Counted from the first letter of the stretch, positions 9,584-19,507 are shown. The stretch: 64,000 nt of DNA from an uncultured bacterium (GCA_938010045.1 CALLFZ010000020.1:38754-102753); one strand, 5' to 3'. Program-made: numbers and translations. Notes: generated by a model not told the origin, from the letters alone.

Positions 9584-10491
9584 CACGACCTCGTCGCCGT
9601 GCCCGAGTCTACCGGATCGCCCCAGTCGAGGCCACGGTCGCGCGGCACGATGCGCCTCAGCGTGTACAGATCGGACTGTCCGATCTCGCCCGCACGGTCG
9701 CCGAGCGTCGGCCAAGGATCCCAGACGGCACTAATCAGCCGACCGGTGATCCCGGCGGCTGCGTCCGAGGCCATCCATACCGCACAGCGCGCAGCGCGGT
9801 CGAGCGCGGTCGCGTCATTGGCCTCGAGCGCGCGCCGCGCCGAGGCCACCTCGCGCTCGCCCGCCGCCTCCGCGCCCGCCGCGGCGACCTCGCGCAGCAT
9901 CGCGGTGGGCAAGACGCCGGGAGCCAGCGCGAGCACTCGGATACGGCGACCACGCAGCTCCTCGGCGACGCATTCGGTGAGCCGCACGATCGCAGTCTTC
10001 GACGCCGCATAGGCGCTGAAATTCGGCCGCGGGCCCGTCGCCCCGCCGCCGGCCACATTGATGATCACTCCGCCGTCGGCCATTCGCGGCGCCAAGTCCG
10101 CGATGAGCCGTGCGGGCGCAAGCAGATTGACGCGGATGGTTTCGACCCACCCCGCCCACGTCGGACCGGCGCTGCTCAGCGGGCCGATCGGCCCCTGAAC
10201 GCCGGCATTGTTCACTAAAATATCCAACGGACGTCCGAACCCGTCCAGCACGGGCAGAAGGCGGTCCGCCGGCGAGATGTCGCTCTGCGAGAGATCCACA
10301 CCCGCGCCGGTGGCCGTCTGACCGCTCCGAGGCGGCAGCGACTCGGCAACGCGCCGCACATCTGCCTCACGGCGGGATACGAGCAGAAGCGAAGCGCCGG
10401 CCTCCCAGAATCGGCGCGCGACCGCCTCCCCCAGCCCGCGGCTCGCACCGGTGACCAACGCGAGGCGGCCCGCGAGCGATGGCCCACTCAT
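9583..10491 (-). CDS. Short-chain dehydrogenase/reductase (SDR) family oxidoreductase
   Basis: LALVTGASRGLGEAVARR is the TGxxxGxG motif. The stop and start overlap neighbours on both sides. Confidence 0.72.
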   Translation of the reverse strand: MSGPSLAGRLALVTGASRGLGEAVARRFWEAGASLLLVSRREADVRRVAESLPPRSGQTATGAGVDLSQSDISPADRLLPVLDGFGRPLDILVNNAGVQGPIGPLSSAGPTWAGWVETIRVNLLAPARLIADLAPRMADGGVIINVAGGGATGPRPNFSAYAASKTAIVRLTECVAEELRGRRIRVLALAPGVLPTAMLREVAAAGAEAAGEREVASARRALEANDATALDRAARCAVWMASDAAAGITGRLISAVWDPWPTLGDRAGEIGQSDLYTLRRIVPRDRGLDWGDPVDSGTATRS

Positions 10492-11444
10492 GCGCGGGCC
10501 TCCAGCAACCAAGGGTTCGCTCGCAGATAGCGCAACGTCCGGACCACCGCGTCGCGGATCGAGAGCTTCGGCGTCCAGCCGAGCGACCGAATCCGCCGTG
10601 TGTCGAGGAAAATGAACGGGCTATCGCCCACCCAGCCGCGAATGCCGCCCGTGTAGCGCAGTCGCGGCCTCACCCCCAGCTCCTCGCAGATCCAACGAAC
10701 AGAGTCGTTCACCTCGCAGTACTCGTCGGCACCGAGGTTGAAAATGTTCACGCGGTGGTCGGCCCGTTCGATCGCGAGCCGCATCGCGTCAATACAGTCC
10801 TGCACGTAGAGATAGGACTTGCGCTGATGTCCATCGCCGAGCACCTCGAGCTCCCCGGGGTTGATGAGCAGCTTGCGGTAAAAGTCGAAGACGTGGCCGT
10901 GCGAGTAGTGCTCTCCGAGGATCGAAACGAAGCGGAAGATCCACGCCTGAAATCCAAACCCCTCGCAGTAGGCCTCAATCAGTCCCTCGCCGGCCAGCTT
11001 CGATGCGCCATACAGCGAGGTTTGCACTGGGAACGGCGCATCTTCGGGCGTTGGAAAGACCTCCGGTTCCCCGTAGATCGAGCCGGTCGAGGCGAACGCG
11101 ATTCTCCGTACGCCCGTCGTCCGCATCGCCTCGAGCACGTGGAAGGTGCCGATTGTGTTCTGTTCGAGATCCCGGCGCGGATGCTCGGTGCCGAACCGTA
11201 CATCCGCATTTGCCGCCAGATGCACCACCAGGTCCACCCCGTCCGTCGCGGCCGTGATCGCGGCCGGATCCAATAGATCGCCGCGCAGCAGCTCGAAGTT
11301 CGGCGCCTGGCGCACCGCATCGAGAAACCGCTCCTGGCCGGTGGAGAAGTTGTCGAAGACCCGAACTCGGTGACCCTCGTGGATGAGTCGCTGCGCGAGA
11401 TTGCTGCCGATGAATCCGGCGCCGCCGGTGATCAGGACCTTCAT
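10488..11444 (-). CDS. NAD-dependent sugar-nucleotide epimerase/dehydratase
   Basis: MKVLITGGAGFIGSNLAQRL is an extended-SDR N-terminus, with YxxxK downstream. Confidence 0.82.
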   Translation of the reverse strand: MKVLITGGAGFIGSNLAQRLIHEGHRVRVFDNFSTGQERFLDAVRQAPNFELLRGDLLDPAAITAATDGVDLVVHLAANADVRFGTEHPRRDLEQNTIGTFHVLEAMRTTGVRRIAFASTGSIYGEPEVFPTPEDAPFPVQTSLYGASKLAGEGLIEAYCEGFGFQAWIFRFVSILGEHYSHGHVFDFYRKLLINPGELEVLGDGHQRKSYLYVQDCIDAMRLAIERADHRVNIFNLGADEYCEVNDSVRWICEELGVRPRLRYTGGIRGWVGDSPFIFLDTRRIRSLGWTPKLSIRDAVVRTLRYLRANPWLLEARA

Positions 11445-12568
11445 GATGACCGGGAATCCGTCGGTTGTGTCGGGGCGGCGGCCGCCGCCAGCAGCTCGTC
11501 CACCGCCGCCTCGACGAGCCTCTCATCGAGCTCCTCGAGGCATGCCATTGGGCGCTCGTGCGTGCAACGAATGCCGTGTTTCGAGAAAAAATAGCAGGGG
11601 CTGCAGGCGAGACCAAGCCGGACGATTCGGCACGGCACCCCGTAGGGTCCGGTGGCGCGCGGATCGGTGGGGCCGACGATCTCGACGGTGGGCACGCCCA
11701 TGGCGGCCGCCACATGAGTCAGCAGCGTATCCCCGCACACGAACACCGCCATGCGCCGGATCAGCGCCGCGGTATCGAGAACCTGCCCGTCCGGCGCGGC
11801 CGTAATCCGCGCCGGGCCAAGGCCGGACCGTCGAGCCACCTCGTCGCGCAACGGCCGTTCCTCGGCGCTGCCGAACAGCAGTATGCGCGCCTCCGGGTGA
11901 CGCGACACCACGCGCCGGGCCAGTTCTGCCCAACGTGCGACCGGCCACCGTTTGAGAATCAGGTTCTTCGTGGTGCCCGACCCGGGATGGAAGCCAATCC
12001 ATGGCTGCCCGAGCGCGCCCAGCGACCGAAGCGCCGCCTCCGCGCGCGCTTCGTGATCCGGCTGCGGGAACAGCCGCGGCATGTGCGGGGGCGATCCTTT
12101 GAGCGGCAGGCCCAGCCCCTCGGTGAGGAGGCGCAGGTTGTTGTCGACGACATGGAGGCGGCGATCCTCCCGGACCACATTCGTCAGCAGCAGGCGCGGC
12201 CGCGCGCCGCAATTGCACATGAACTCGAAGCCAACGCGTTGTCGCGCGCCGATCAAAAACGTGATCAGGTTATACTCCAACCGGTTCTGCGGCATCACTG
12301 TGAACGAGAGGTCATAGTGCCGACGGCGCAGGCGGAGGCACTCGAGCACCGAGCGCCTTCGCCCGGCGGCCATGAAATCGAAGCCGAGCACCTCGTCCAC
12401 CGCAGGGTTGTGGGCGAGCACCTCGCGGGGCGGCGTCCCCTGCATGGTCAGCACCTCGATGCGCGCTCTCGGAAAGTGCCGCCGGACCTCGGCGATCAGC
12501 GGGGTCGCCAGCAGCGTGTCGCCCGCGCCGGCCAACGAGAGAACGAGGATTCGCCGGGGAACCGTCAT
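11441..12568 (-). CDS. Glycosyltransferase family 9 (heptosyltransferase-like)
   Basis: RILVLSLAGAGDTLLATPLI... and the later GDTLLTHVAAAMGVPTVEIVGPTD resemble ADP-heptose:LPS heptosyltransferase (RfaF/RfaC family). Confidence 0.68.
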   Translation of the reverse strand: MTVPRRILVLSLAGAGDTLLATPLIAEVRRHFPRARIEVLTMQGTPPREVLAHNPAVDEVLGFDFMAAGRRRSVLECLRLRRRHYDLSFTVMPQNRLEYNLITFLIGARQRVGFEFMCNCGARPRLLLTNVVREDRRLHVVDNNLRLLTEGLGLPLKGSPPHMPRLFPQPDHEARAEAALRSLGALGQPWIGFHPGSGTTKNLILKRWPVARWAELARRVVSRHPEARILLFGSAEERPLRDEVARRSGLGPARITAAPDGQVLDTAALIRRMAVFVCGDTLLTHVAAAMGVPTVEIVGPTDPRATGPYGVPCRIVRLGLACSPCYFFSKHGIRCTHERPMACLEELDERLVEAAVDELLAAAAAPTQPTDSRSS

Positions 12569-13806
12569 GCTCCCGGCGCCTCCCGCCAGAGCCACGCCAC
12601 ACGCGCGCCGAGCGCAACGAGCGCGGCCATACCGGCCACGGCCATCGCGGAAATCATCGCGTGCGGGTCATCCGCGCACCGGCCGAGCAGCACGGCAATG
12701 TACGCCGCCGCGACCGGCGCGAGCGCGGCGGCCGGTGCGCGCACCTGCTGTCGCGCCCACAGGTACTGCATCACGACGGTCGTCAGGGCCATCGGAATGA
12801 CCGACCACGCGTAGGCCCGCAGCAGCCGGATCATCACCGTGGTCTCCACGCCGTACATCGCCCGCAGCGCGAAGCCGGGTGCCACCGTAACCGCCGCCGC
12901 CAACGCCCCTGAGAGCGCGAGCGCCATGCCGGCCGGCTGCAGGAGCATGCGACGGCGGTCCGAGACTACCGCTCTGGGAAACATGGCCAGCACCAGGGGC
13001 ATCGGTAGAAACAAAACCGATCGGGCCAGCATCGCGGCCTTGCCATAGGCGGAGAAGACCGGGCCGTGCAAGAGGCGGGGCGCCAGAATGAGGTCAGCGT
13101 TCATCAGCGCGTACACGACGAACTGCCCGCCGGCCACCGGCAAACAATAACGGGCGAAGGGCCCAAGGCTCAGCCGTTCGGCGGGAGCCCGTCTCACCAC
13201 TTCGCGCAGCGGCCACAGCCCCACAAGCACGCCCGCCGCGACACTGGCCGCGTACACCCCGAGCATCGCTGCCGCGTCGCCGCCTGCGCGCGCCACCGGC
13301 CACGCCAGCCCCAGCCGTACCAACCCGGGCGCAAGCCCCGCCGCCGCCATCCAGCCAAACCGCTGCGCCCCCTGCAACGCGCCAGACACCAGCGGCGCAT
13401 AGAGGCTAATCCAAGCGATCACCCCCACCCACCACAGCGCGCCCACGCGCGAGACGCGTAACCACGCGTGCATCGGCGCCGCCGCGGCCCCCCACACCAG
13501 CAAGAGCAGCGCCCCCGTCATCGTGACCACCCGCGCCACGGAACCCACCAGGCGCCCCCACATCGCCTCGTCGCGCGCATGACAGTATTCCGCCGCATAC
13601 CGCGCCACCGCCACCTGCAGCGCGGCCGACGGCACCAGTACGATCCAGAGCAACCCCAGAAGGGATGCAAACGCGGCGTATTCGGTCGGCGCCATCCATC
13701 GGCCCGCGACCATGTGGACCGCGAGAAACAACAGCCCCGCGAGGCCGTTGCTCACGATCATCACGGCGGAATCGCGCGCAAGGCCGAGGTCCCACCGCAG
13801 TTTCAT
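12565..13806 (-). CDS. Polysaccharide biosynthesis protein / oligosaccharide flippase (Wzx/MATE-like), multi-pass membrane
   Basis: The product is about 413 aa and strongly hydrophobic, with 10-12 predicted TM segments. It ends a glycan gene cluster. Confidence 0.55.
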   Translation of the reverse strand: MKLRWDLGLARDSAVMIVSNGLAGLLFLAVHMVAGRWMAPTEYAAFASLLGLLWIVLVPSAALQVAVARYAAEYCHARDEAMWGRLVGSVARVVTMTGALLLLVWGAAAAPMHAWLRVSRVGALWWVGVIAWISLYAPLVSGALQGAQRFGWMAAAGLAPGLVRLGLAWPVARAGGDAAAMLGVYAASVAAGVLVGLWPLREVVRRAPAERLSLGPFARYCLPVAGGQFVVYALMNADLILAPRLLHGPVFSAYGKAAMLARSVLFLPMPLVLAMFPRAVVSDRRRMLLQPAGMALALSGALAAAVTVAPGFALRAMYGVETTVMIRLLRAYAWSVIPMALTTVVMQYLWARQQVRAPAAALAPVAAAYIAVLLGRCADDPHAMISAMAVAGMAALVALGARVAWLWREAPGA

Positions 13807-13840
13807 CCCGCTGCCCGTCCCCCGCGCGCCGCCAGCGCCC

Positions 13841-14488
13841 TTACCTGGCGGCGGAGGGCATCTGCGGATCGTGCCGCCGCTCAAACGCCGCGATCTCCGG
13901 CTCGAACTCCAACGTCTGCCGGATCTCGTCCAGCCCCTCCATCAGCGTTCGCCGAGCCGCCTCATCCATCGAAAACCGAAACTCGAGGGGTTGTGGCGTG
14001 TGGAGCGTCACGGTCATGCGCTCGAGATCCACCGTGGCTTCGAGTCCCTCCCGGGCCGCGGTCTCGCGGGCGATCGCCTCGACCTCCGGCTCCGAGAGCT
14101 CGACGGTGACCAGTCCGTTGCGGGTCGCGTTGCTCCGGAAAATCTCGGCAAACGCCGCGACCCGCTCCCCGTCGCGCATCTGCCAGGGGGCGATCACAGC
14201 ACGAAACCCGTACTGCTGGATCGCCCACACCGCATGCTCCCGGCTCGAGCCGCAGCCGAAATTATTCCGGACCACCAGGATGCTGGCGCCCGCGAACCGC
14301 GGCTGATTCAGCTCGAACGCAGGATTGGGCGAGCCGTCGGGTAGATACCGCCAGTCGAAAAACAGCGCCGGCGCGAAGCCGGTACGCCGAACCGACTTCA
14401 AGAACTGCTTGGGGATGATCTGGTCCGTATCCACGTTCGCCCGATCCAGCATGGCAACGCGGCCGCGATGACGAAGAAACGGTTCCAT
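13841..14488 (-). CDS. leuD: 3-isopropylmalate dehydratase small subunit
   Basis: VDTDQIIPKQFLK...NFGCGSSREHA is the LeuD signature. Confidence 0.9.
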   Translation of the reverse strand: MEPFLRHRGRVAMLDRANVDTDQIIPKQFLKSVRRTGFAPALFFDWRYLPDGSPNPAFELNQPRFAGASILVVRNNFGCGSSREHAVWAIQQYGFRAVIAPWQMRDGERVAAFAEIFRSNATRNGLVTVELSEPEVEAIARETAAREGLEATVDLERMTVTLHTPQPLEFRFSMDEAARRTLMEGLDEIRQTLEFEPEIAAFERRHDPQMPSAAR

Positions 14489-14512
14489 CTCGTCGCTCCC
14501 CTCGAATGGTCC

Positions 14513-15916
14513 TCAAGCGGCCCAGTGTCTCAGGTCAACGAACCGACCGGCGATCGCGGCGGCGGCGGCCATCGCCGGGCTCACCAGGTGGGTACGTCCC
14601 CCCTTGCCCTGGCGGCCCTCGAAGTTGCGATTCGAGGTCGCGGCACAGCGTTCGCCCTCCGCGAGCCGGTCAGGGTTCATCGCTAGACACATGCTGCACC
14701 CCTGCCGGCGCCATTCGAACCCCGCCGCGCGGAAGATGCGGTCGAGCCCCTCGGCCTCCGCTTGACGCCGCACCTGCGCGGAGCCCGGCACCACCATCGC
14801 GCGCACTCCCGCCGCGACGCGACGGCCATGCGCGACCCGCGCCGCCTCGCGCAAATCCTCGATGCGGCCGTTCGTACAGCTTCCAATGAACACCACCTGC
14901 ACCGGAACCTCGGTCATGCGCTGGCCCGGCCGCAATCCCATGTAGCGGAGCGCCCGCTCGGCGTCCTGCCGGCTGTAGCCCGGCACCCGGTCCGGTTCGG
15001 GAATCGGCTGGTCCACGTCCACCACCATCCCAGGACTCGTACCCCACGTCACCTGCGGCGCCACCTGGTCGGCCGCGATCGTCACCTCGCGGTCGTACCG
15101 GGCGTCGGGATCGGAGGCCAGCATTCGCCAACGCTCGATCGCCCGCTCCAGCGCCGCCCCGCGCGGGGCATACGGCCGATCCCCCGTGGCGATGAACTGA
15201 AAGGTCGTCTCATCCGGGGCCACCAGCCCCGCCCGCGCCCCGGCCTCAATGCTCATGTTGCAGATCGTCATCCGGCCTTCCATCGACATCGCCCGCACCG
15301 CCTCACCCGCGTACTCCAGCACGAAGCCCGTCGCACCCGCCGTGCCGATGGTGCCAATCAACTTCAAAATGAGATCTTTGGGCGTCACCGGCGGACGCAG
15401 ACGGCCGGCGAACTCCACGCGGAATACCTTGGACTTGCGCTGGCGTAGTGTCTGCGTCGCCAGGACGTGCTCAACCTCGGAGGTGCCGATCCCAAACGCC
15501 AGCGCACCAAACGCGCCGTGTGTCGCGGTGTGGGAATCGCCGCACACGATCGTCGTCCCCGGCAGCGTCAGCCCAAGCTCAGGACCAATGATGTGCACGA
15601 TGCCGTTGCGCTCATCATCCAGGCCGAACAACCGAATGCGAAACTCCCGACAGTTCGCCTCGAGCGCCGCGATCTGCTCGCGCGCGACCGGATCGCTGAT
15701 CTCGCGCCACTCGTCCGTCGGCACGTTGTGATCCATCGTCGCAAACGTCAGATCCGGCCGTCGAACCCGCCGACCCGCCAACCGCAAACCGTCGAACGCC
15801 TGCGGACTGGTCACCTCGTGCACCAGATGCCGGTCAATGTAGAGAAGAGCCGTGCCATCACCGAAGTCTCTGACAACGTGGCACTCCCAAACTTTTTCGT
15901 ACGTGGTTCGACTCAT
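14513..15916 (-). CDS. leuC: 3-isopropylmalate dehydratase large subunit
   Basis: [15 protein letters not shown]...[15 protein letters not shown] is an aconitase-family LeuC N-terminus. The start was placed at the internal ATG (15916) because the longer ORF reads through the tRNA. Confidence 0.9.
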   Translation of the reverse strand: MSRTTYEKVWECHVVRDFGDGTALLYIDRHLVHEVTSPQAFDGLRLAGRRVRRPDLTFATMDHNVPTDEWREISDPVAREQIAALEANCREFRIRLFGLDDERNGIVHIIGPELGLTLPGTTIVCGDSHTATHGAFGALAFGIGTSEVEHVLATQTLRQRKSKVFRVEFAGRLRPPVTPKDLILKLIGTIGTAGATGFVLEYAGEAVRAMSMEGRMTICNMSIEAGARAGLVAPDETTFQFIATGDRPYAPRGAALERAIERWRMLASDPDARYDREVTIAADQVAPQVTWGTSPGMVVDVDQPIPEPDRVPGYSRQDAERALRYMGLRPGQRMTEVPVQVVFIGSCTNGRIEDLREAARVAHGRRVAAGVRAMVVPGSAQVRRQAEAEGLDRIFRAAGFEWRRQGCSMCLAMNPDRLAEGERCAATSNRNFEGRQGKGGRTHLVSPAMAAAAAIAGRFVDLRHWAA

Positions 15917-16320
15917 GAGCCTGACATCATACGGCCCGAAATACCGATGCGCAAGCGACCACCCACGATTCCCGTGCCCCCACGTCCGACGCCGCCGAAC
16001 CCTGCAGACGGACGGCCGAACGGACGGCAGGTTTCGAAACGGTGTTTCCAAGGATTGGACGATGATACCGAGCAGCCATCCAAACCTTGGACGCGACTCA
16101 ATCGCGGGCGGCCCCACCGTAGGGGGAACCGGCCGCCCACCTCGGCGCCGTGCCGCGGCCAACTCACAACACCTCGGCCATCCGTGGCGCCGACGTCGCT
16201 GGGCACTTCCGCTCCGACGCCCGCGATCTGCAAGGCGGTATTCTGCGGCGTACATGGCTGGCCGGATCGTTTCCGAGCTCCGGCGCCGGAGCGGTGCCTG
16301 CGAGCCGGCGGGGTTGTCCG

Positions 16321-16354
16321 GTGCCTGTCGCCGCTCTTCGGTGGGGACAGGCAC
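16321..16354. repeat. Short hairpin copy of the GGGGACAGGCAC / GTGCCTGTC repeat family (9-bp arms, 16-nt loop)
   Basis: The sequence is GTGCCTGTCgccgctcttcggtgGGGACAGGCACAAG. The same 15-mer GGGGACAGGCACAAG occurs at 51206. Confidence 0.45.
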
Positions 16355-16517
16355 AAGTACAAAATCGGCGCGGGTCCAGCTGGGCCATCGGCGCGCCGGG
16401 CACGGTACAGCGCCGAGTGCTGATCCGCCCCGCCCGATGCGCTGACACGAAACGGTACTCCGCGAAGCCCAGAGAGTCCCACCGAGCGGCCGAAGCGCAG
16501 ATGGTCGAGCGCCGGGA

Positions 16518-16594
16518 TGGTGCGCCTGCCGCGGATCGAACGCGGAACCTTCAGCTCCGGAGGCTGACGCTCTGTCCAATTGAGCTACAGGCGC
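16518..16594 (-). tRNA. tRNA-Arg (anticodon CCG)
   Basis: The reverse complement folds as a cloverleaf: acceptor GCGCCUG/CAGGCGC, D-arm GCUC/GAGC, anticodon stem UCAGC/GCUGA with loop CUCCGGA, T-arm CCGCG-UUCGAUC-CGCGG, and an encoded CCA. Confidence 0.85.
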
Positions 16595-16658
16595 ACGCGA
16601 GCGGCTAAGTTTCGCACGCGCGGCGGGGCTTGGCAAACTGGGTCGAACCCCGTCCCGA

Positions 16659-17741
16659 TCAACCGTTGGCGGCCTGAAACTCCCGCATGAACTCGATCAG
16701 CGCGTCCACACCGGCCGGCGGGAACGCGTTGTAGATCGAGGCACGAATGCCTCCGACGGACCGGTGCCCCTTCAGCCCCTTGAGCCCGCGTGCGGCAGCC
16801 TCTTTCACGAACTTCTCCTCCAGCGCCTCGTTCGGAAGCCGCCAGGTCACGTTCATGATCGAGCGATGCTCGGGCACCGCCGTCCCTCGATAAAAACCGC
16901 TGGACGCATCGATCGCCGCATACAGTTTCGCCGCCTTTTCGCGATTGCGGCGCTCGATCCCTTCAACGCCACCCTGCGCGATCAGCCACCGGGTCGTCAG
17001 CATGATCATGTAGATCGTGAACGTCGGTGGCGTGTTGTAGAGCGACTGCTCCGCGGCATGCGTGCGGTACCGAAAGAAGATGGGGACGTCCTCCGGACAC
17101 CGCTCGAGCAGGTCTTTGCGAATCACGACCACGGCGCAACCGGCAGGGCCAAGATTTTTCTGCGCGCCGGCATAGATCAGCCCGAACTGCCGCACGTCCA
17201 TTGCCCGGGAGAGAAAGTCCGACGACATGTCCGCGACCAGCGGCGTCGGCGTCGTCGGGAACACGGCCCACTGCGTGCCCGCGATCGTTTCGTTCGATGT
17301 GAGGTGGACGTAGGCGGCATCGGGCGAGAAGGTGAGGCTCTCGAGTGCCGGTAGGCGGGTGGGGATGTCCTTTGAGGTGTCGGCCACGACCCGCACCGAC
17401 CCGCGCACTTTGGCCTCCTTGATCGCCTTCGAAGCCCATGCGCCCGAGTTCACGTATTCCGCGATCTGGCCGGGGGTGAGGAGATTCAGCGGCACCATCG
17501 CGAACTGGGCACTCGCGCCACCCTGGAGGAACAACACGTCGTAGTCCTCCGGCAGATGGAGCAACCGCCGCAGGTTCGCGATCGCCTCCTCATGCACCGC
17601 CGCGTATTCCTTGCCGCGGTGGCTCATCTCCATGATCGACATTCCGCTGCCGTGGTAGTCGAACAGCTCTCGCTGCGCCTCGAGCAACGCTTCCTCCGGC
17701 AGCACCGCCGGTCCGGCCCCGAAGTTGTACACTCGCGCCAT
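16659..17741 (-). CDS. serC: Phosphoserine aminotransferase
   Basis: [19 protein letters not shown]...HRGKEY is the SerC N-terminus. The start is at the internal ATG (17741), giving 360 aa. Confidence 0.9.
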   Translation of the reverse strand: MARVYNFGAGPAVLPEEALLEAQRELFDYHGSGMSIMEMSHRGKEYAAVHEEAIANLRRLLHLPEDYDVLFLQGGASAQFAMVPLNLLTPGQIAEYVNSGAWASKAIKEAKVRGSVRVVADTSKDIPTRLPALESLTFSPDAAYVHLTSNETIAGTQWAVFPTTPTPLVADMSSDFLSRAMDVRQFGLIYAGAQKNLGPAGCAVVVIRKDLLERCPEDVPIFFRYRTHAAEQSLYNTPPTFTIYMIMLTTRWLIAQGGVEGIERRNREKAAKLYAAIDASSGFYRGTAVPEHRSIMNVTWRLPNEALEEKFVKEAAARGLKGLKGHRSVGGIRASIYNAFPPAGVDALIEFMREFQAANG

Positions 17742-17966
17742 TTGTAATTCTCCCGATTCGCGGACCGGCGTTCGCCGGCCGAAACGAACGGGGAGCATAC
17801 CCCGGCCGTCGCTCACCGGCAATCGCCGACCCTCCGCAGGTCGCCGCCCCATGTCGAGCTGCGGTTCCATAGTTGGTCGGAGGGGACTCCGGATCGCGCC
17901 TGCCGGAAACCATGCGCAGGCACCGACTCGCTCGCCGCCACGCACCACCACACGGGCAGTGCTTGA

Positions 17967-18404
17967 TTACCGCGCGATGATCACGATGAGCGTCGTCCCC
18001 TCGCGGCTCGCCAATCCCGAAAACACCAAGGGTACACCGCGCCGCAAGCCCACCTGCGTCTGCACCACCACTCTCCCCCGTTGCTCAATCGTGAGCACAA
18101 GGCGATCCAAATCGCCGTGGCACCGCGCCACCACATCCGCCCCCACGTTGACGGCCGCGCCATCCGCCGGCAGCGAGATCGACGCCGACCCAGCGAGCCG
18201 AAACTGCGAATACTGCAAATGCCGCCGGAGCAGCGGTTCGACGTCTCGCAGCGCGCCGTCCACCTCGGCCGGCCCCGACGAGGCCGTCACCGCCCTCAGC
18301 AGCAGCGTCGCACCCGCCGCAGGCCGCGCCGCGGATCCGACCAGCCACAGCGCGGCGAGCCCCGCGATCAGCGGGAGCCGATGACCGCACCTCCAACGTC
18401 TCAT
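17967..18404 (-). CDS. Hypothetical secreted protein (third gene of an ECF sigma cluster)
   Basis: The N-terminus is a signal peptide (LIAGLAALWLVGSAARPAAG). The start overlaps the anti-sigma stop (ATGA). No known domain was recognised. Confidence 0.4.
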   Translation of the reverse strand: MRRWRCGHRLPLIAGLAALWLVGSAARPAAGATLLLRAVTASSGPAEVDGALRDVEPLLRRHLQYSQFRLAGSASISLPADGAAVNVGADVVARCHGDLDRLVLTIEQRGRVVVQTQVGLRRGVPLVFSGLASREGTTLIVIIAR

Positions 18405-18748
18405 CGTCCCGTCTCCGTCACCGCCAGCCCATCAATCGCGACGATCATCCCCGAGGTGACCTCATCATACACGACGACCACGCCGGAATGCGGCACGCCG
18501 ATTTGAATCGAATCGAGCCGGACCCCGGCGGCACGCGCGTTCGATCCGAACCACGGCAGCGCAACGACGGCGGCCGCCGCGAGCGCCACCGCGACGCCGG
18601 CCGCCAGTGGGCTCGGTCGCCACATGAACGCCGATTCGGCCCTCGGCCGGTCGGCCGCACGGGCTCGGAACTCCGCCCAGAACTCATCGGGCGGTCGCAT
18701 CCGGGATGGCCGCGACCGCAAGGCCTCCAAAGGCATGCGCCGTTTCAT
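18401..18748 (-). CDS. Putative anti-sigma factor (single-pass membrane)
   Basis: The 115-aa product has one TM helix (LAAGVAVALAAAAVVAL) and lies immediately downstream of an ECF sigma with an ATGA overlap. Confidence 0.45.
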   Translation of the reverse strand: MKRRMPLEALRSRPSRMRPPDEFWAEFRARAADRPRAESAFMWRPSPLAAGVAVALAAAAVVALPWFGSNARAAGVRLDSIQIGVPHSGVVVVYDEVTSGMIVAIDGLAVTETGR

Positions 18749-19323
18749 CCTGCGGCCTCCTTGTGCCCGCGCTTCTCCAGCTGGTCCCAGATGGCGCGCA
18801 ATTTCCGCTTTGCGTTGAAGAGTCGCGACATCACCGTGCCGATGGGCACCCCCGCCGCGGCCGCAATTTCGCCGTAGCTCAGACCATCTCCGTAACGCAT
18901 CAACAGCACCTGTCGGTGAGGCGCGTCGAGCCTTGCCAGGGCACTCCGCAGCATCAACACAGAATCCCGGGTCTCCGCCTCCTCCGAGGGCGATGAGGCC
19001 GTGGGATCGTCCACGTCGAACACGACGGGATCATCGGACGTCTCGCCGCTCAATGACGACGTCGGACGCGCCGTTCTCCGTCTCAGCAGGTCGAGACAGG
19101 CGTTGCGCGCGATGCGGAGGATCCACGTCTTCAGCGACGCACCGCCGCGGTAACCCGGCAAATGCGTCCACGCCCGCAGATAGGTTTCCATCACGACATC
19201 CTCCGCATCCGAGTCGCCCACCAGCCGACGCGCCACGGCGTGGACCAGGGGGCGCAGCGGTTCGAAGAGTCGAACGAACGCTTCGACGTCGCCGCCCCGG
19301 GCCCGCCGCAGCCGCGAGCTCAT
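18745..19323 (-). CDS. RNA polymerase ECF-type sigma-70 factor
   Basis: Region 2 (DAEDVVMETYLRAWTHL) and region 4 (LSYGEIAAAAGVPIGTVMSRLFNAKRKL) are both present. Confidence 0.8.
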   Translation of the reverse strand: MSSRLRRARGGDVEAFVRLFEPLRPLVHAVARRLVGDSDAEDVVMETYLRAWTHLPGYRGGASLKTWILRIARNACLDLLRRRTARPTSSLSGETSDDPVVFDVDDPTASSPSEEAETRDSVLMLRSALARLDAPHRQVLLMRYGDGLSYGEIAAAAGVPIGTVMSRLFNAKRKLRAIWDQLEKRGHKEAAG

Positions 19324-19507
19324 CGCCGCCTACTCCGAATGGACGCGCTCCGCGTGGCGATATTCATCGTGAGCCTCACGTCGCCTCACCGCGCATGAAT
19401 TTCGCCTCGCTCCGCCGGCGGATCAACCCCCCTCGCCCGGCGCAAACCCGAACGAAGACGACCGGACGGCTCGTTTGGCGCCCGGCCATGGGTCCCGGGT
19501 GAACGGT

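Noticed and set aside
14513-16636. 707-aa ORF extending leuC upstream through tRNA-Arg
   Set aside because: The N-terminal 240 aa read through the tRNA gene and repeat hairpin, and are Arg/Pro-rich. LeuC homology starts exactly at the internal ATG (15916).
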